A stretch of DNA of 64,000 bases, taken from contig NC_042997.1 in the NCBI RefSeq assembly GCF_006345805.1, positions 185,070,001 through 185,134,000 of the forward strand, given 5' to 3'. This document shows positions 39,134 through 54,182 of the stretch, in pieces. This DNA comes from Octopus sinensis. Taxonomy: Eukaryota. Each line of letters starts with the position of its first letter. The first letter of the stretch is position 1. The position numbers and the translations under genes were made by a program. The notes beneath the pieces are model-generated. The model worked only from the letters and a program-made list of their open reading frames with translations. It was not told the DNA's origin and did not search any database.

Positions 39134-40952
39134 ATACGACGGTCTTCTTTCAGTTTCCGTCTACCAAATCCACTCACAGGGCTTTGGTGGACCCGAGGCT
39201 ATAGTAGAAGACACTTGCCCAAGGTGCCGCGCAGTGGGACTGAACCAGGAACCATGTGGTTTGTAAACAATCTACTTTATTTCATATAATTTGCCATTTA
39301 GGCATTTACAAAGAGGGGACAAACAAGGACAGACAAATATAAAGGGTGAAGTAGCTTAACATAGTTACAATTTTCGAATGAAATTACGGATAAGATTATA
39401 AACAATGAATTTTACGAAGGCAATGTTTAAAAATATTAATGATCATGTCGAAGGACGGACACCCAGCCATCCGGGTAGAACCTTTACTTTCTGATCCGGT
39501 CACACTTACCTGGTGCCAAACATACCCATCTTGCATGCCACAGGCTTCCATCTTTTCACAAACATATCTCGTGACAGACACCTCTTCTCCAGCCTGATTT
39601 TGCTACTGAGGTGGTAACTAAAAAAGTTAATCAACCCCTGGCCGGAGACAAAGGTGCCTGTCACTATACCTTTCGTACGCGTCTTCCATACTGTTTCTTT
39701 CAGTATGGCTACTACACAGAAAAAACAAGCCTTTCTTTCCCTGTTAAGGAAAGGGGGCGGCACAATCTCGATGATAGACTCAGCTGATAGCTGTACTCTT
39801 CCCATCACTGACAACAGTTGTTCAACAAAAGCTATCAGTCCCGATAACTCCGGACACTCCACGAATGTGTGCAAGACGGTTTCCCTATCCTGCTCACATC
39901 GCGGGCATGTCGGCGAGACGGCACTACCGTATCTTGACAGCTTGTCGCGAACAGGTAAAGCCGCACGGAAACACTGCCAGGCCAGGGATTTCTGGTAATT
40001 ATCCAGATACCCCGGCCCGAACGTCCTCCGGAACAGGTTGACCAACTGATTTTCATCGTAGCCCAGGGTCTCCCCCAAGGCGTCTTCGGACTTAATCTCC
40101 ACTAACCCGCTATAGAAATCCGTGGTGGAACTCCTGTTGCCGGCGTTGCCCACCCGAGATAGTAGCTGGAGCGCCTGACGGCACTCCAAATGCCATTCAC
40201 TCAGTTTAGGTCTCCGCTTGATCCATGCACCGATGTCCGTTAGGGATGTTAACTGGGGAAGGTAGAACCGGACGTGCGGTGACCACACCTGCTCTCCATC
40301 CAGGTAAAGCCAGAGGTGCCTTAACCTTAACGCGAGTTTTCGCATCCTCAGCCAAGGCATCCCTAGCCCACCCTTTAGCGGTTTCTGGCAGCAGACAGAG
40401 CGCTTTACAAGTGGCTTTCCTCCTTTCCACAAAAATCGGAAAAGGATTCTCTCCAACTTGTTCAGCCACAAATCGGGGCAAGGCACCACGGTCAGACGGT
40501 AGGTGATTACTGATGCTATAAACATCTGCACCACCTCCGCCTTCCCTAGCAGGGATAACGCCCGCCCAGACCAGGTCTGGGTTAGAGCGGTCACCTTGTT
40601 GGCCACCTCACTCCAATTTTTCTCAATCTGGAGGTCTGGCCCGAACCAGATTCCGAGCAGCTTAACAGGACCTTCCGTCCAACGCCCTACGACGTTATTG
40701 GACGGCATCGGCTTGCCCCTCCAGGTGCCGAGTTGCAAACCGACCGACTTGTCCTTGTTAACCTTTGCTCCTGCCACCGCCTCGTAGCTTTTGATGGCCT
40801 CTTCCACCACTGGAAGCTGGCCTTCGTCTGCCACGATGATGGAGGTGTCATCCGCATACGCCGTAGCTCCTCTTCCACACCATAGATCAAGCGGCGCGCC
40901 CCCTAGTGCCTTGTGTAAACAAGCTACTTACCATACAGCCACTCCTATGCCT
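39134..40952 (-). mobile_element. SINE-A 5' half split by a LINE insertion (40952-40914 and 39270-39134)
   Basis: Head ..GGTAAGTAGCTTGTTTACA resumes as TTGTTTACAAACCACATGGTTCC on the other side of the LINE. Confidence 0.85.
39271..40913 (-). mobile_element. 5'-truncated L1/Tx1-clade LINE (RT C-terminal part plus CCHC zf-RVT)
   Basis: Frame open 40912-39506 (about 468 aa): YADD at 40858-40847, KVNKDKS, VKLLGIWF, LSLLGKAEVV, GGLG, CPRCEQDRETVLHTFVEC. 9-bp TSD TGTAAACAA at 39262-39270 and 40914-40922. Confidence 0.92.
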
Positions 40953-43759
40953 GGGTTTGGATTTAATGGTTTAATTATTTCAGTGAGGTATGCAATGGTG
41001 TGTGTGTCTGTGTGTGTGCAAAGTACGAACATTAATGGTAAAGTTTCGAGGCATAGGCACATCCTGACCACTCATCAGTTTGCTTAATTTAAGTGTCAAA
41101 GAATTAGAGTACCTGCTCATCAAAAACTAATCAGCAATAAACTGACTGGTCTTTAATCAAACATATTACTCTGCATTTAATAAAATAATGACTGAGTTAT
41201 AATTTTTTTCTGATATATCATTATTATCAGATTGATTCAACAATTCCTTTTTATAATGAAATCTGAGAAGTAGATAATGTAGTTGATTTTTCTGTTAGCT
41301 CGACTAATCTTTGTTAATATGGACGAATTGAGATGTTTATTATGCAGATAACATAATTCAGATGCTTATTATGCGGATAACATGGTTTAACTAACAATTT
41401 GTAGGTAAATTTACGTATGACTACCATGTGATTATTTTCTCAAAGATAGAAGGGATATTCCAAAACGATCAACAATTTCCATAATATCTTGGCCAGTTAA
41501 GTTGCCATTAGCATTAGAATGCCAAACTAGAACCTTTATTTCGCTGCGTCACATATCTGGATTACATTCTAACGAAAGACGACTTTGTCTTTATTTCCAT
41601 AAGATCGATAATGAATTACTAATTTTCATCTAGGTTCCAATCACCATTCAACAATTCTCTCTCCTAAAATAGTATTATGTCTGAGAGAGAAATTGTTAAT
41701 TACATAGTGAAATACAGTGCCCAGGCTAGTTAATCAAACGACAAATGGTGTTATAAAAATAGTATTTGGATCCACTTTGCATTCATTGCTTTATTTGTTT
41801 GTTATTCGAAAGACCGCGAGAGTGAAATATAAGAGAAAGGGAAAGTAAGAAATGTCCTGTACTGACATCCATAGAATAAATAGTTTAACGGAGAAACTTC
41901 AGTAATTGTGGCTTCTTTTATCTTACTTTATTTTCGTTCACAACGTCTTAAGCAAAACTATCAATGTTGATTGACCATTTTGCACGTTTTTGTCCAATCT
42001 TACTTTGACAGACGTATCTGGCTTTTAATGTTCTTTAAGATAGTGTTTTGTAGTCGATAATAAATGGTTCCAGGAATATAAGAACTGCATTAAAATCAAC
42101 AAAAATGTCGGGAAAATATAAAATTAAATGAAATAACATCAAATACAGCAAAATTTACAACAACAAAAACAACGGCAGTCAAGTATAACAACGATATTTA
42201 GCAGCAAGAAAAAGGAGACAAGTTTAATAATAGCAGTGTAACATTGTAGAAGACTGTCGTCTGCAATCAAAGAAATTCAGAATGCTTGAAGTTAAGATAT
42301 AAAAAAAAGAATAAGATATTAAAAATGTAAGAAAATGACTGAAAATAAGTGGTAATTATGGCGTAGTTGAAAGACATGTTAAATGTAGTGTACGTTCGAG
42401 CTGGGAAAAAATGTCTATGCAATTCACCAATCAAAGGAAAATAACTCTTCTTTTAATATGCTATACATACATAATATATTCATACGCACACACATGCACA
42501 CGCACGCTCACACACACATACACACACACGCATATATATATATGTATGTACGTATGTGTGTATGTGTGCGCAAAACGTAGAATACAAATAAAATACAACT
42601 GAAACTCATAATTGAGTGTATATTTATGCATATACAGAGCGTGCATATACATAACATATAGACTTAAATATGTAAACAGTTATATTTAAGTAGGAAACGT
42701 ACAAAACATTCACAGAGCTGTTTAAGACTATCGATTCTTACCTACATTCGAGCATACGTGCATATACAAGGGTACATACTCAATACTCATACAAAAACGT
42801 GTAAGTCTGAGCGCGTTCATGTGGATTTGCATGTATTTGGGTATGTATGCGTGCGTATTAAAAGAAACTAATTTTCTGATATGTATAGAAAGCCCCAAAT
42901 TCTAAAGCTGCCAACTCTATAATAAGGCTACTAAGAGGCCTCTTCTGTAATTAGCAGTATTGCAGTAGACAGGTGAAATTTATCTTTAAAGAATGTACAA
43001 TTCCGAGTGGAATATCGCTTCAATGAAGATTTTAAAAAATTGAGTAGCATAAAATGTTTCATTATATATTCTGAGTATAGGCTGTGTCTATAGAAATGTT
43101 ATTTTCTCTTTGGGTAATCAAAAGTAATAAACGATTAATATATATATACGATTAGAGGTGTATAAGATGTGAACTTTGTAAAGTGATGGCTGGGAGGAAT
43201 AAATTAACTTTGAGAATATTTTGAAATGATAGCTTTTTAACGAATAAGGATTTGATAAATTTATGCTGGTAAAGTCTGAGAGCTCACTGTTGGTATAGAT
43301 AGTAGAAGTATACATTATTATCCAAAACAAAATGGTAGTTAACGGTTATTATAAGAAGACAATCAAAGGTCAAATTATATAGAATGGTAGAAATCACTTA
43401 TAGGAACTAAAGGTATGTTTCTTACAATGTTTGCAACGACAATCGCGTTCTAATAAACGATAATCGCGTTCTATATGTTTACAAGGGTATTTTTTTAGAA
43501 TAGAAATAAAACATTTCGCTATTACAAAGCGAGCAGAAATGTTTACCTTTATCATACGGTAAAGAAATATAGAGAATATGCCATTCCAAATTAAATTGTT
43601 TATTATGATCTTTAAGATACCAGATTAATTTACTAAGCTCTGTATTGTTACGCTTATTGATATACCTAAATGTAGAGTAATGATTAGATATTTTTTGGAG
43701 AACTGAGATGAAGAACTACCTATATAAAAAAGACGTCAGAACCGGAAGTAATGTGCTTC

Positions 43760-44172
43760 GTCTGCTATGAGGCCAGTTAATAGTTTCCAGTGTAAGGGTA
43801 AACAAGTAATAGGTTTATAATTGCTGTCTTTCACTCTCTTTTCTTTGTCCTTCTGTATCAGCACTGTCCTTCCTATTGCCATCTATGTTGGAGTTACATT
43901 TTCTGTGCAGTTAGTAAAAAATGGTCGCATATAACTGTCAATACTTGGGAGATTCTTGAGTCAGAAACCCTGGACATCATCTGGTCCAAGAGCTTTCCAG
44001 TTTCGTATTCTTTTAATCATCTCTTTTACTTTCGTATCTATGATTGTTATATTTTCGTGCGTCACTTAAAGATATATTTTCATTGCTCTTTATACTCACG
44101 CAATCAGCCTGTGTTTATCTAATGGCGGACTTTCTTCCTCCAGATTCCTGCCAAGAATTTCCTTGCTGCTTC
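43760..44172 (-). mobile_element. Old R4/Dong-type RT fragment
   Basis: RNWKALGPDDVQGF*LK..GRTVLIQKD..SNYKPITCLPLHWKLLTGLIADE. Confidence 0.8.
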
Positions 44173-44186
44173 TATTATTATTATTA

Positions 44187-45584
44187 CTTTTTTTTTTCTT
44201 CTTTCAAATTTTCTTCCATTTCTTGCCGAGTGTCTTCCCGACTCCTAGGGCAAAGAAACTCATAGTGTATATTGGTAGGCCATTAAACCAAACTCAGTAG
44301 TTCGTTCATTTTTTTTTTTTTAAGTTAAATTAAAATACATGAGCAGCAACAGTTCTCACATCGACAATGCTCTTCTCAATACGTGTGATGTACCAGTTAA
44401 GACAATCTTTTGCACTTCTTGCAGGGATGGTAAGCCAGGGATCATTCTCATATAATTTTCGGTTCCCTTCTTGATCATTCCTAGTGCTCCTACGATCACT
44501 GGTATTGTAACCGCCTTGAGATGCCACATTTTCTCAATTCAATGAGTAGGTCTTTATATTTTCTGAGCTTGTCAAACTCTTTCGCTGAGATATTATGATC
44601 ACAGGGGATGCTCATGTCGATCAATAAGCAAACTTTATTGTTTTGGTCTTTCACAACAATATCTGGTTTATTGGCCTTGATGGTTCGGTCTGTATGTACT
44701 GGAAAGTCCCACAGAATGGTTACATTTTCTCCTTCAGTTACAGCCTCAGGGTGGTGATTATACCACTTGTCGGCAGTTTTGATATTGTAATGCCGACTTA
44801 TTAGCCAGTGGAGATATTGGCCAACTCTGTCATGTCTTAATTTATACTCCACTGGTGCTAAGACTTTACATCCAGAGATTAGGTGGTCCACTGTTTCAAT
44901 CATGTCGTTGCAGAATCGGCATTTTGGGTCTGCTCCATTTTTCATCACATTGGCCTGGTAGTTCCGGATTAATAGGTTTTGGTCTTGAGCAGCCAGGATG
45001 AAACCTTCGCTCTCTGCTTTTAGCCCTGAGCTCCCCAGCCACTGATGGGTTTGCTTCTGGTCAACATCAGCTTGTTTGCTGCGGGTCACATATTTGCCGT
45101 GCAGAGGTTTCTCCTTCCACCTATCAGCCAATTGCTCGTGCGCTTTTTCATTGCCATCATGTTCACCTTCTTTGCAACAATAGTTGCCGTACTTCCCTCG
45201 GGTTGTTCAGTTTGGGTATCCTGCACGAGATCAATAGCAAATTTTTTGCTTTCCTTGATGATAGAATGAAGCTTCTTTCGTCTCTCGTGATTTTCCACGA
45301 GCTTTAGCATCCAGTCATTCGATATTTCGAGATATTTGGCCAGTCCAATTGTGGTTGTTTTGTAAGCTAGTTCAAATTGGATCAGGCCTCGACCTCCTTG
45401 GGCTCTGGGAAGGTAAAGGCGATCTACGTCTGCCTTTGGGTGGTGCATCCTATTACAACTCAGCAGCTTGCGTATTTTTCTATCGATATTCTTTACTTCA
45501 CTCATATTCCAGTTCAACACATTGTAGCTATAAGTAACAACTGGAACTGCTAAAGAATTTATAGCTAACACCTTGTTACGTGCA

Positions 45585-45585
<1 letters not shown>
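44187..45585 (-). mobile_element. 5'-truncated R4/Dong-type RLE retrotransposon with two frameshifts
   Basis: HPKADVDRLYLPRAQGGRGL; KPLHGKY; AAQDQ; CRFC..ETVDHLISGC; RHD; NKPDIVV..LIDMSIP; KY; stop at 44358-44356. The 3' UTR ends at (TAA)n 44186-44173 and the 5' end abuts (TAA)n. Confidence 0.9.
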
Positions 45586-45623
<38 letters not shown>

Positions 45624-45765
45624 ATTATGTTTGACTTTTGCTTTACATTTGCAAAAGTTGGCTCCAAGTCTCACCCAGAGACCTCAAGAGACAACAAGCT
45701 GGAAGTTCATGTTGGTGTTATGTTATGCCTAGGGTGCCATATGTTTGGTTTTGTACATAGTGTAT
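45624..45765 (-). mobile_element. Short 3' end of another (TAA)-tailed non-LTR family (probably R4/Dong-type)
   Basis: ccctaggc..gaggtctctgggtgagacttggagcc..caaacataatttaataataat, between ATT/ATC arrays. Confidence 0.5.
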
Positions 45766-45766
45766 T

Positions 45767-45943
<177 letters not shown>

Positions 45944-47242
45944 TAATAGTAGTAGTACTATTACTAATATACATTTTTCTTCTTTCTCTTTCTTTTCGTC
46001 TTCTTCATCTTCTCCTTCTCCAGCCTACTATCATCGTTATCATCTCCGAAAAAACTATTACGGCAAAAAATTATATATTACACTACGGTGTGAGCGTAAA
46101 TACGATCCTGTATTTTGGTTGCAAAAAGATGTCGCCACAAATCTCTTGATGGTAGATACAAGTAAAACAAAAAAGAAATAAATAATAAATAAATAATAAA
46201 TAAACAAAACTTTCGACAGGAGTAAATAAAAGAGCACTTATGTAAGAACAACTGATAACATTCCCCTTGTCAAAAAGTAGGTAAAAATCCACTCCTTAAA
46301 GCTATTTCAGTATTTACTGATATCTGACCACACCTGAAGAATGGATGTCTTCTGAAAATGTAGGCAATGTAGTTTCAAAGTGTGTGTCAGCTAGAGTAAG
46401 AGTGATAAATTTATATAAGAAGTGTCTTATCGTTTTACATTACTAAGTAGTTCCTATTATTTTACATGCAATTTTAAGAAAATAACTTAATGCGAATCTT
46501 TCTGAGCATTTGCTGTTGTTTTTTCACACCCTAACCAACGATTTGCTAGCTATTATCGTATTATGCTTTCTAAACATATGGTGATCCTCCGTACATAGAT
46601 GTATGCATGTATATATATATGTATGCATGTATGTATGTATGTATGTATGTATGTATGTATGTATGTATGTATGTATGTATGTATGTATGTATGTATGTAT
46701 GCATGTATGTATGTATGTATGCATGTATGTATGTATGCATGTATATATGCATGTATGTATGCATGTGTGTATATATGTATATGTATGTATGTATGTATTT
46801 ATGTATGTATGTATGTATGTATGTATGTATGCATGTATGTATGCATGCATGTATGTTTATATGTATATGTATGTGTGTATATATATATATATGTATGTTA
46901 TACAAATATGCGCAAAGATATATATGCACACACACACACACATACTCACACACACACATACACACACACACACACACCACACAGGTATATATAACTTATG
47001 TTGTGTAAATGAATATCGTTTTCTGAGAACAAGCAATAAAATGCCACACACATTTCAGAGGTACCCACCTTACTTTTTTTTACTAGATATCTATTGCCCC
47101 TGGCAAAGAGAAATCACAGATTTCTTTTCATTTAACTTTGTTAATTTCCTAATGCATTTCAATATTTCCACTTTAACTAATCCAAGTATAGAATACAGTG
47201 TTTGTGTTGGGTGGCTCAATGATGGACACACACATACACATA

Positions 47243-48092
47243 TAGGGTGTGATGAATAAACTGTCATCTAAAATATGCAAACAGGAAAATAACACTGACC
47301 TCTAATTTTAACAGATACATTTACCAAACTTACAAAAATATTATCTTGAAATACTAAAGAGTAAATTTATTCAATAAAATCGCCATTGGTTTCAGCCGAT
47401 TTCGGAAACTCATGCAACTCTTCTAGATGGTCTCCCTTGAATTGGTGAATGCTGCCATAATCCTTGCCTTCAGTTCATCTTTGATATTACAAGGAGTTTT
47501 GTTGGTTTCTCCTTCAACTGTGCCCCACGCATAATAATCAAGGGGCTTGCAGTCTGGGGAGTTAGGTGACCAGATGTGAGCGGTGATGTGGTCGCGGAAA
47601 TTGTCTGACAGTAGTATGGTGCAGAGTCCTGTTGCCAGACATACGGTTTTGCAATGGGCACTCTCTTGACCTTGGGCGGCACTACCTCCACCAGGCACTT
47701 GATGTAGGCCTCCGTGTTAAGTCTGATGTCGTGTGGGAAGATAAATGGAGTCATAACGATGCCATCATTAATGATCACTCTAAACACCATGATGTTGGGT
47801 GGATGTTTGATTTTTATCACTCTCGGTACATGTCTTCAGTTTGCACCGTCATCATATGACACCCAAGCACCCTGAAATGTTTGTATTGGAGCTTTCGCCG
47901 ACAATACCAAAGAGTATAGCATGTAGTTTCGAAATTTCTGGCAGAGTGAATTGCATCATGGTGCTGTTTTTTGTCATAGACGTTGCCCAACTGACCCTAC
48001 TAGACTGTGTAGTCAACAAAATCAAAAATGAACACAATGCATATGCACGAAATTATAAATATAAAATGGCTACAATTTACCCATCGCACATA
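47243..48092 (-). mobile_element. Tc1/mariner (DD37D/maT-like) internal-deletion derivative
   Basis: IKHPPNIMVFRVI..WQQDSAP / WSPNSPDCKPLDYYAWG; decayed TIRs with TA flanks. Confidence 0.85.
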
Positions 48093-49708
48093 TATATATA
48101 TATATGTGTGAAAATATATGTGTGTGTGCATGTGTGTGCAAGCGGAAAAGGATTCCATCACCTTTAAACGGAGTCTGGACAAATTTCTTCAAGGAATACC
48201 AGATAAGCCAACTATACCTAGACACAACTCACTCAACAAGAACTCACTACTTGAATGGACCATGATACCACAAAACTTGACTTAAAAAGGATTTAGATAA
48301 TTCTATCAGGTGGTGCTATTAAGTTAGACATGGCCTGGACCAATCTTTGGTCGAAACATATCTAAGTTTTATCTAAGTTTTTTTTTATATAGATTATTAT
48401 GCATGGGTTAACTTTATGTGTTTATTCTTGCAGAAGTTAACCCAAGAGAATTTTCCAATGTGACTATTTGTAATTGCTTAAGTATTGAATATTTTTTCAT
48501 TCAAAGGCATCGATCTCGTTCTGAAAATCGTAAAGCCGTTCTAAAATCTACTAACTGCATTTTGCGCTATAATTCGCCGAGGAAAACTAATAACACTGAA
48601 ATTTATCTGACGTTGTCACCGTAACCACCAATGATCAAGCTCAAAGACTAATGTATGTCTCTTTAAAAGAGATTGCTACTGTCACTGACAGTGCTTTTTT
48701 TATCATTACGTCCGTAATTTCAACTGATTAAATATTCTCTTTGATTCTTTTTATTAAGGGTACTCTCCCTAATTACTTATAAGAAAGCTATAATATATAA
48801 CCCAGAACAAAATGATTGCATATCGTGTATACTGATACAAAAATAACCATCGATTCTTATTTTTGTGTACTCAAGTCTTAATATATTTGACTTTGAAACT
48901 GGGCCGCTGGTTGTTCATAAGGCAATACGGAACGTCTAAATGCAATAATTATTTAGTTTATTAGTTAGAGAAAGATGGGCAATGCCTATAAATTTTCCAA
49001 TGCCCTACTTGAAGTGTGAGATCAATATAGTTGATATTCAGTTTGCATATCAGTTGGTTGACGTCTACAGGAAATATATAAAAAGCGTTAAGTTATGGAA
49101 TTACAGAAGGAATCACTTCTAACGAATCCGTATTGAAGGAAAATGTTACCACTCTGAAGATGAATAATGATAAAAAGTGTTCACAACAAATAAATATTTA
49201 TAAAGATAAATTCGATTATTAGTGGCGCGTGTGTAACGTTAATATCAAGAGCAGAAAGAATAGTAAGGGAGGCACAGAGAAAAAGGCAGAGGGGACGAGT
49301 GCAAAAGAAAGAAAAAATGAAAGATGCTGAAGATAATAAAATGTCTATCTGCTCGTAGATTTATATTCAGTTATATATAGTTGTAATTTAGATTTGCACA
49401 CGTCATCTAATACATATTGCAATGGCGGAACTTACAGATTGGTTATACGTTTCGATCACACTCCTGCTTCCACTTTGCGGTCGTACATCTCTATGTCACA
49501 TCATCGCTCTCGATATCTACCAGAATTTTACTGTTTTGTACAAAACTTCGAATTAAGCCCAGGGATCAGTTTTCCATACGAAAAAAAATATTAGTAGAGA
49601 TAGACGGAAACAAGGGTATATAGACGGTTCGATGAAAAGATAACATCCCAGCTCCAGATAAATGTTTCACACATACATTCGCTTCTCTCTCTGTACCTCT
49701 CTCTATCC

Positions 49709-49743
<35 letters not shown>

Positions 49744-50030
49744 ACTCACACGCATATGTAGACTATAAATACATCTCACAGTCACATGTGCATACATATG
49801 TATACAGATGCACAAATATAGGTATGTACAGGAAGAGAGAGTGGAAGATAAGCGTGAGATAGATGAAGAAAATTAGAGAAAAGTAAAATGCAAGGAAAAC
49901 AGGGGAGGAGACAGACAGACAAAATATGTAAGCCATATGTGCGGAAATATATCGATGAAACATCATATATATATATATATATATATAAATATGTATATAT
50001 ATATATATGTATATATATACATATATATAC

Positions 50031-50191
<161 letters not shown>

Positions 50192-50219
50192 TTACAGACA
50201 GACACACACACATGATATG

Positions 50220-50250
<31 letters not shown>

Positions 50251-50627
50251 TATGCGTGTGTGTGTGTGAGTGTGTAGATCTACACAATTGTGTGTGAGCG
50301 TGTTGATAGGTAGGAATAATAGACAGCTTACCGTAATTGAAATAACATTGTGATACAATGTGATAACCGTAAGATATATTAGAAAACTATAATAGATAAG
50401 ATACCATAACAATATACACAAATTAACAGAAAGATGAGTCACGTACAAACAGACAAAGTTTAACACAGAAAAAGAAAACACACACAGACACACACACGTA
50501 TACATGCAAGCTCTTACACACACAAACACATAGGAGCACATACATACACATAATAGAAAAACCGATATAACGTGCTTGTGACGAGGAAAATTACATAGAT
50601 TGTGGAAATATAAGATAGGGAATAAGA

Positions 50628-50662
<35 letters not shown>

Positions 50663-50762
50663 ACAGACAGAGAGTGAGAAAGGGGGGAGAGATAGTACGT
50701 GAGTGAGTGAGAGAAGTGGTGGGAAAGATCATAAAGCAAATGTAATTGACTAATATGAAAGT

Positions 50763-50806
<44 letters not shown>

Positions 50807-53675
50807 ATATATGTACACATGTGTGTATCCGTGTGTGTTAGTGTGCATACGTGTGTGTTTGTACTTGAGTGTGTGAGTATGTATGTATGGATTCTGCGAA
50901 TGTAAAATTACTGAGTTTCGTAAAGGAAAATGGAAGATGTGGTGGTGTAAAGTAAGAACCGACCCAACACCGATGGAAGTCCACCAGTAATAATAAAAAT
51001 CCGTGTGCTTCATCAACAGAACGAAACATAAATCTTCACAATTCTCTCTTTTTCACCGTTTCTTTCTTTATTTCCATATGTTGGGCTTTTCGTTTTCTTC
51101 TCTACGCTGATCAGTCCTTCCTTTTTATATATGTTTTCAAGCTTTCATTTCTATCTTTTTAAGTATTTCATTTTTTTTTCCTCGTGTTTATTTTCTTCTT
51201 TCCACCTTCTTTAAAATTTCCGAGAAAAATGGAAATATAAATAAATCAAAATAAAATATCCCCAGTAATATCTTGACTGTAAGGCGACCAGCGAGTGGAA
51301 CGTCATAAAATACATACAGGAATAATATTACGCTAGATCTAGATTGAACGACTACAAAAATATCGTCGGACTGAAATCGCAATAACGCAACAACGAAAAC
51401 AAAAAATAATAATAATAATAAATAAATATTTTCTATTAAGTTGTTTTAGTCGAATGACGTTTTCTATTTTTTAGGAATTCTCTTTAATATTTCTTTACGA
51501 CATTTTTACACATTCTCTGATGAAAAATATATACATATATATTTTGGATGACAGGCATGGTGCTAGCATTTTTTTACTAGTTTCTTTTTATTATCAATTT
51601 AATTCATACATTTTTCTCTCTCCTCATATCTTTCCTACAATATCAACTTTCTTATTCCGATTTCACTGTCATTTTCTGCTTATTTCTAAAAAACAATTTC
51701 CAAGAATGTCCCGCCATTTTTTTCAAACATTTTATCTTCGTCTTATGTAAGTTTAACTTTCTTGCTGATGTTGTTCATCTTATTGTTTTCGATTAAATTT
51801 CACGCACCTTCTTTCCTTCTTTCTTTTTTGTTTTCTTTCTTTACCCCTCCTTCTTCCATTAATTCTTTCGTTTTTTTTTTCATTTTGCGTACTATCGTTT
51901 TTTAAAGTTATATGTTTTTTTTTCAGCATTCAACATCGAAGCACGTATCTCAAATACGCGATTTTCTTTATTCTTAATCCTGCAGTCAACGTAGTGCCCT
52001 TTTATACCATCCAATTTCCGGTTGACTTTTCATTTCTGAGTCATTCATATATTATCACACAATTTTTGTTTCGTTCGTGATATGATTTTTGCCTTTTTTT
52101 TTTTTGACTGCATGTATAATCTTTATACAGTTTTATTGTCTATCAGTATAAACATATATCTCACTTCAAATTTCGTACCATAACATGAGTTGGTTTCCAT
52201 GGTGAGATAGCATTCATATTCAATCAAAATACAAGAATTTGATAGATGGAGACTAAAACATAGAACGAACATAAAAATATGCACACGATCGAAATATCAG
52301 CAATATGTATGTGTACACACACACACATGCACACACACACACACACAGACACACATATGCACATACATATAGATGCTTGTTATTTATATATATATATATG
52401 TGTGTAAGCGTGCGTGCCCGTTCGCTCGGACATTCGGGCGTGTGAGTGTGTGCATGTGTGCGTGCATGCGTGCGTGCGAGTGTGTGCGTGCACGTAAACT
52501 GCTTAAGAAGTTTCATCGACAAGCACAGTGTCCCAGGTTCAATCCCACTGTATAACCTTTAAGTTTTCATAGGGCAGATAAATAATAAATGGGGGAAATT
52601 GGTGATAAAATGGCTGTCTTGAGGCCTGATGAAAATGCTTCGGTTTTTCACCCACAATGTTACGATGAAATTGTACAGATGTCTGTGGAAAGTTTCCCAT
52701 TTACTTCCTAATGCTATCACAAGGAACTTTGATTGAAAAGACTGAATCTACATTCCTTGTTATTATCGCAAGAACCATTCATGTACACGAGTGCATTTAA
52801 TAATATTTATGTATGTATGTATGTATGTATGTATGTATGTATGTATGTATGTATGTATGTATGTATGTATGCATGTATGCATGTATGTATGTATGTATGT
52901 ATGTATGTATGTATGTATGTCATTGTCCAGTTTTATTTCAAGATTTTTTTGCCAATTGAGAAAGAGTCGGCTTCTAACCTAGATCCGAGGCTCCTTCATT
53001 GGAATTTTCAGCATCAACAACAGGGTATTTTTGTTTGCAGATTTGTATGGTTTGATTTATGCATGTTTTCTCATGTATATAGTTGGATATCTGGACATGC
53101 TCTTATGTATGTATGTATGTATGTATGTATGTATGTATGTATGTATGTATGTATGTATGTATGTATGTATGTATGTATGTATGTACGGATGTATGCATGC
53201 ATGTATGCATGTATCTATACACAAACAAATGTATTACGCATGCATGTGTATATAAATCAGAAATTGTATCAAATATTTACAAACATTAACCTGAAGAAAG
53301 AAAAGAGTAGACTTTTTCACTAGACTTGAAATTCATGTGTATCGTTTCTAGTGATCGCATTTCCGACTGTATCAAATCTAGCAAAGATTATTTCAAATAA
53401 GTCTGCAGATATTTACTGACTCAGTGGTTGTGATGAACTAGATGATTCATTTGACACTTGTTCATTTATATTCTGCTGAAAATCGTATCAAATTTACTTC
53501 CACTTCTCCTTGATAAATAAAGAGCATACATTCTGTTTACATCATTAAACCTTCTGTCGACAAAATATATCTGGTGTCAAGTCAAAATTAATCATGAAAT
53601 GTATTGTAAATGATTGATGTAATAAATTGAATTGCTTTCGTGATCCCATCAACACTGACGTGAAACATAACGTAC

Positions 53676-53823
<148 letters not shown>

Positions 53824-53825
53824 TA

Positions 53826-53874
<49 letters not shown>

Positions 53875-54147
53875 TATATATACACTGAAACTCTGTGGAG
53901 AAAATTAATTAAAGTATTTACCTGTGAAAGCCGCAGATGAAACTGATTTTCAGTAGTGGACGCACTTCCTTGACGGGAATCAATATCAGTAAATTAGAAT
54001 TTGACCCTAGCTTTACGACTCCCTAAAAGTTTCCCCATCTGGATGCAAACGTAAAAGGAAACTGTTGATTCATTCTTCAAATATTTCGAGAAATTTCTGT
54101 AGAAAGTTAAAAGTGGGGCTACCAATGTGACACACACATACGCACTC

Positions 54148-54182
<35 letters not shown>

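Noticed and set aside
41040-41100. CUGAUGAG..CUCGAAAC on the minus strand
   Set aside because: Partial stem II only; no stem I or III geometry.
46333-46392. CACAC-CUGAAGA..GAAA..GUGUG
   Set aside because: Stem II is weak and no NUH is adjacent to stem I.
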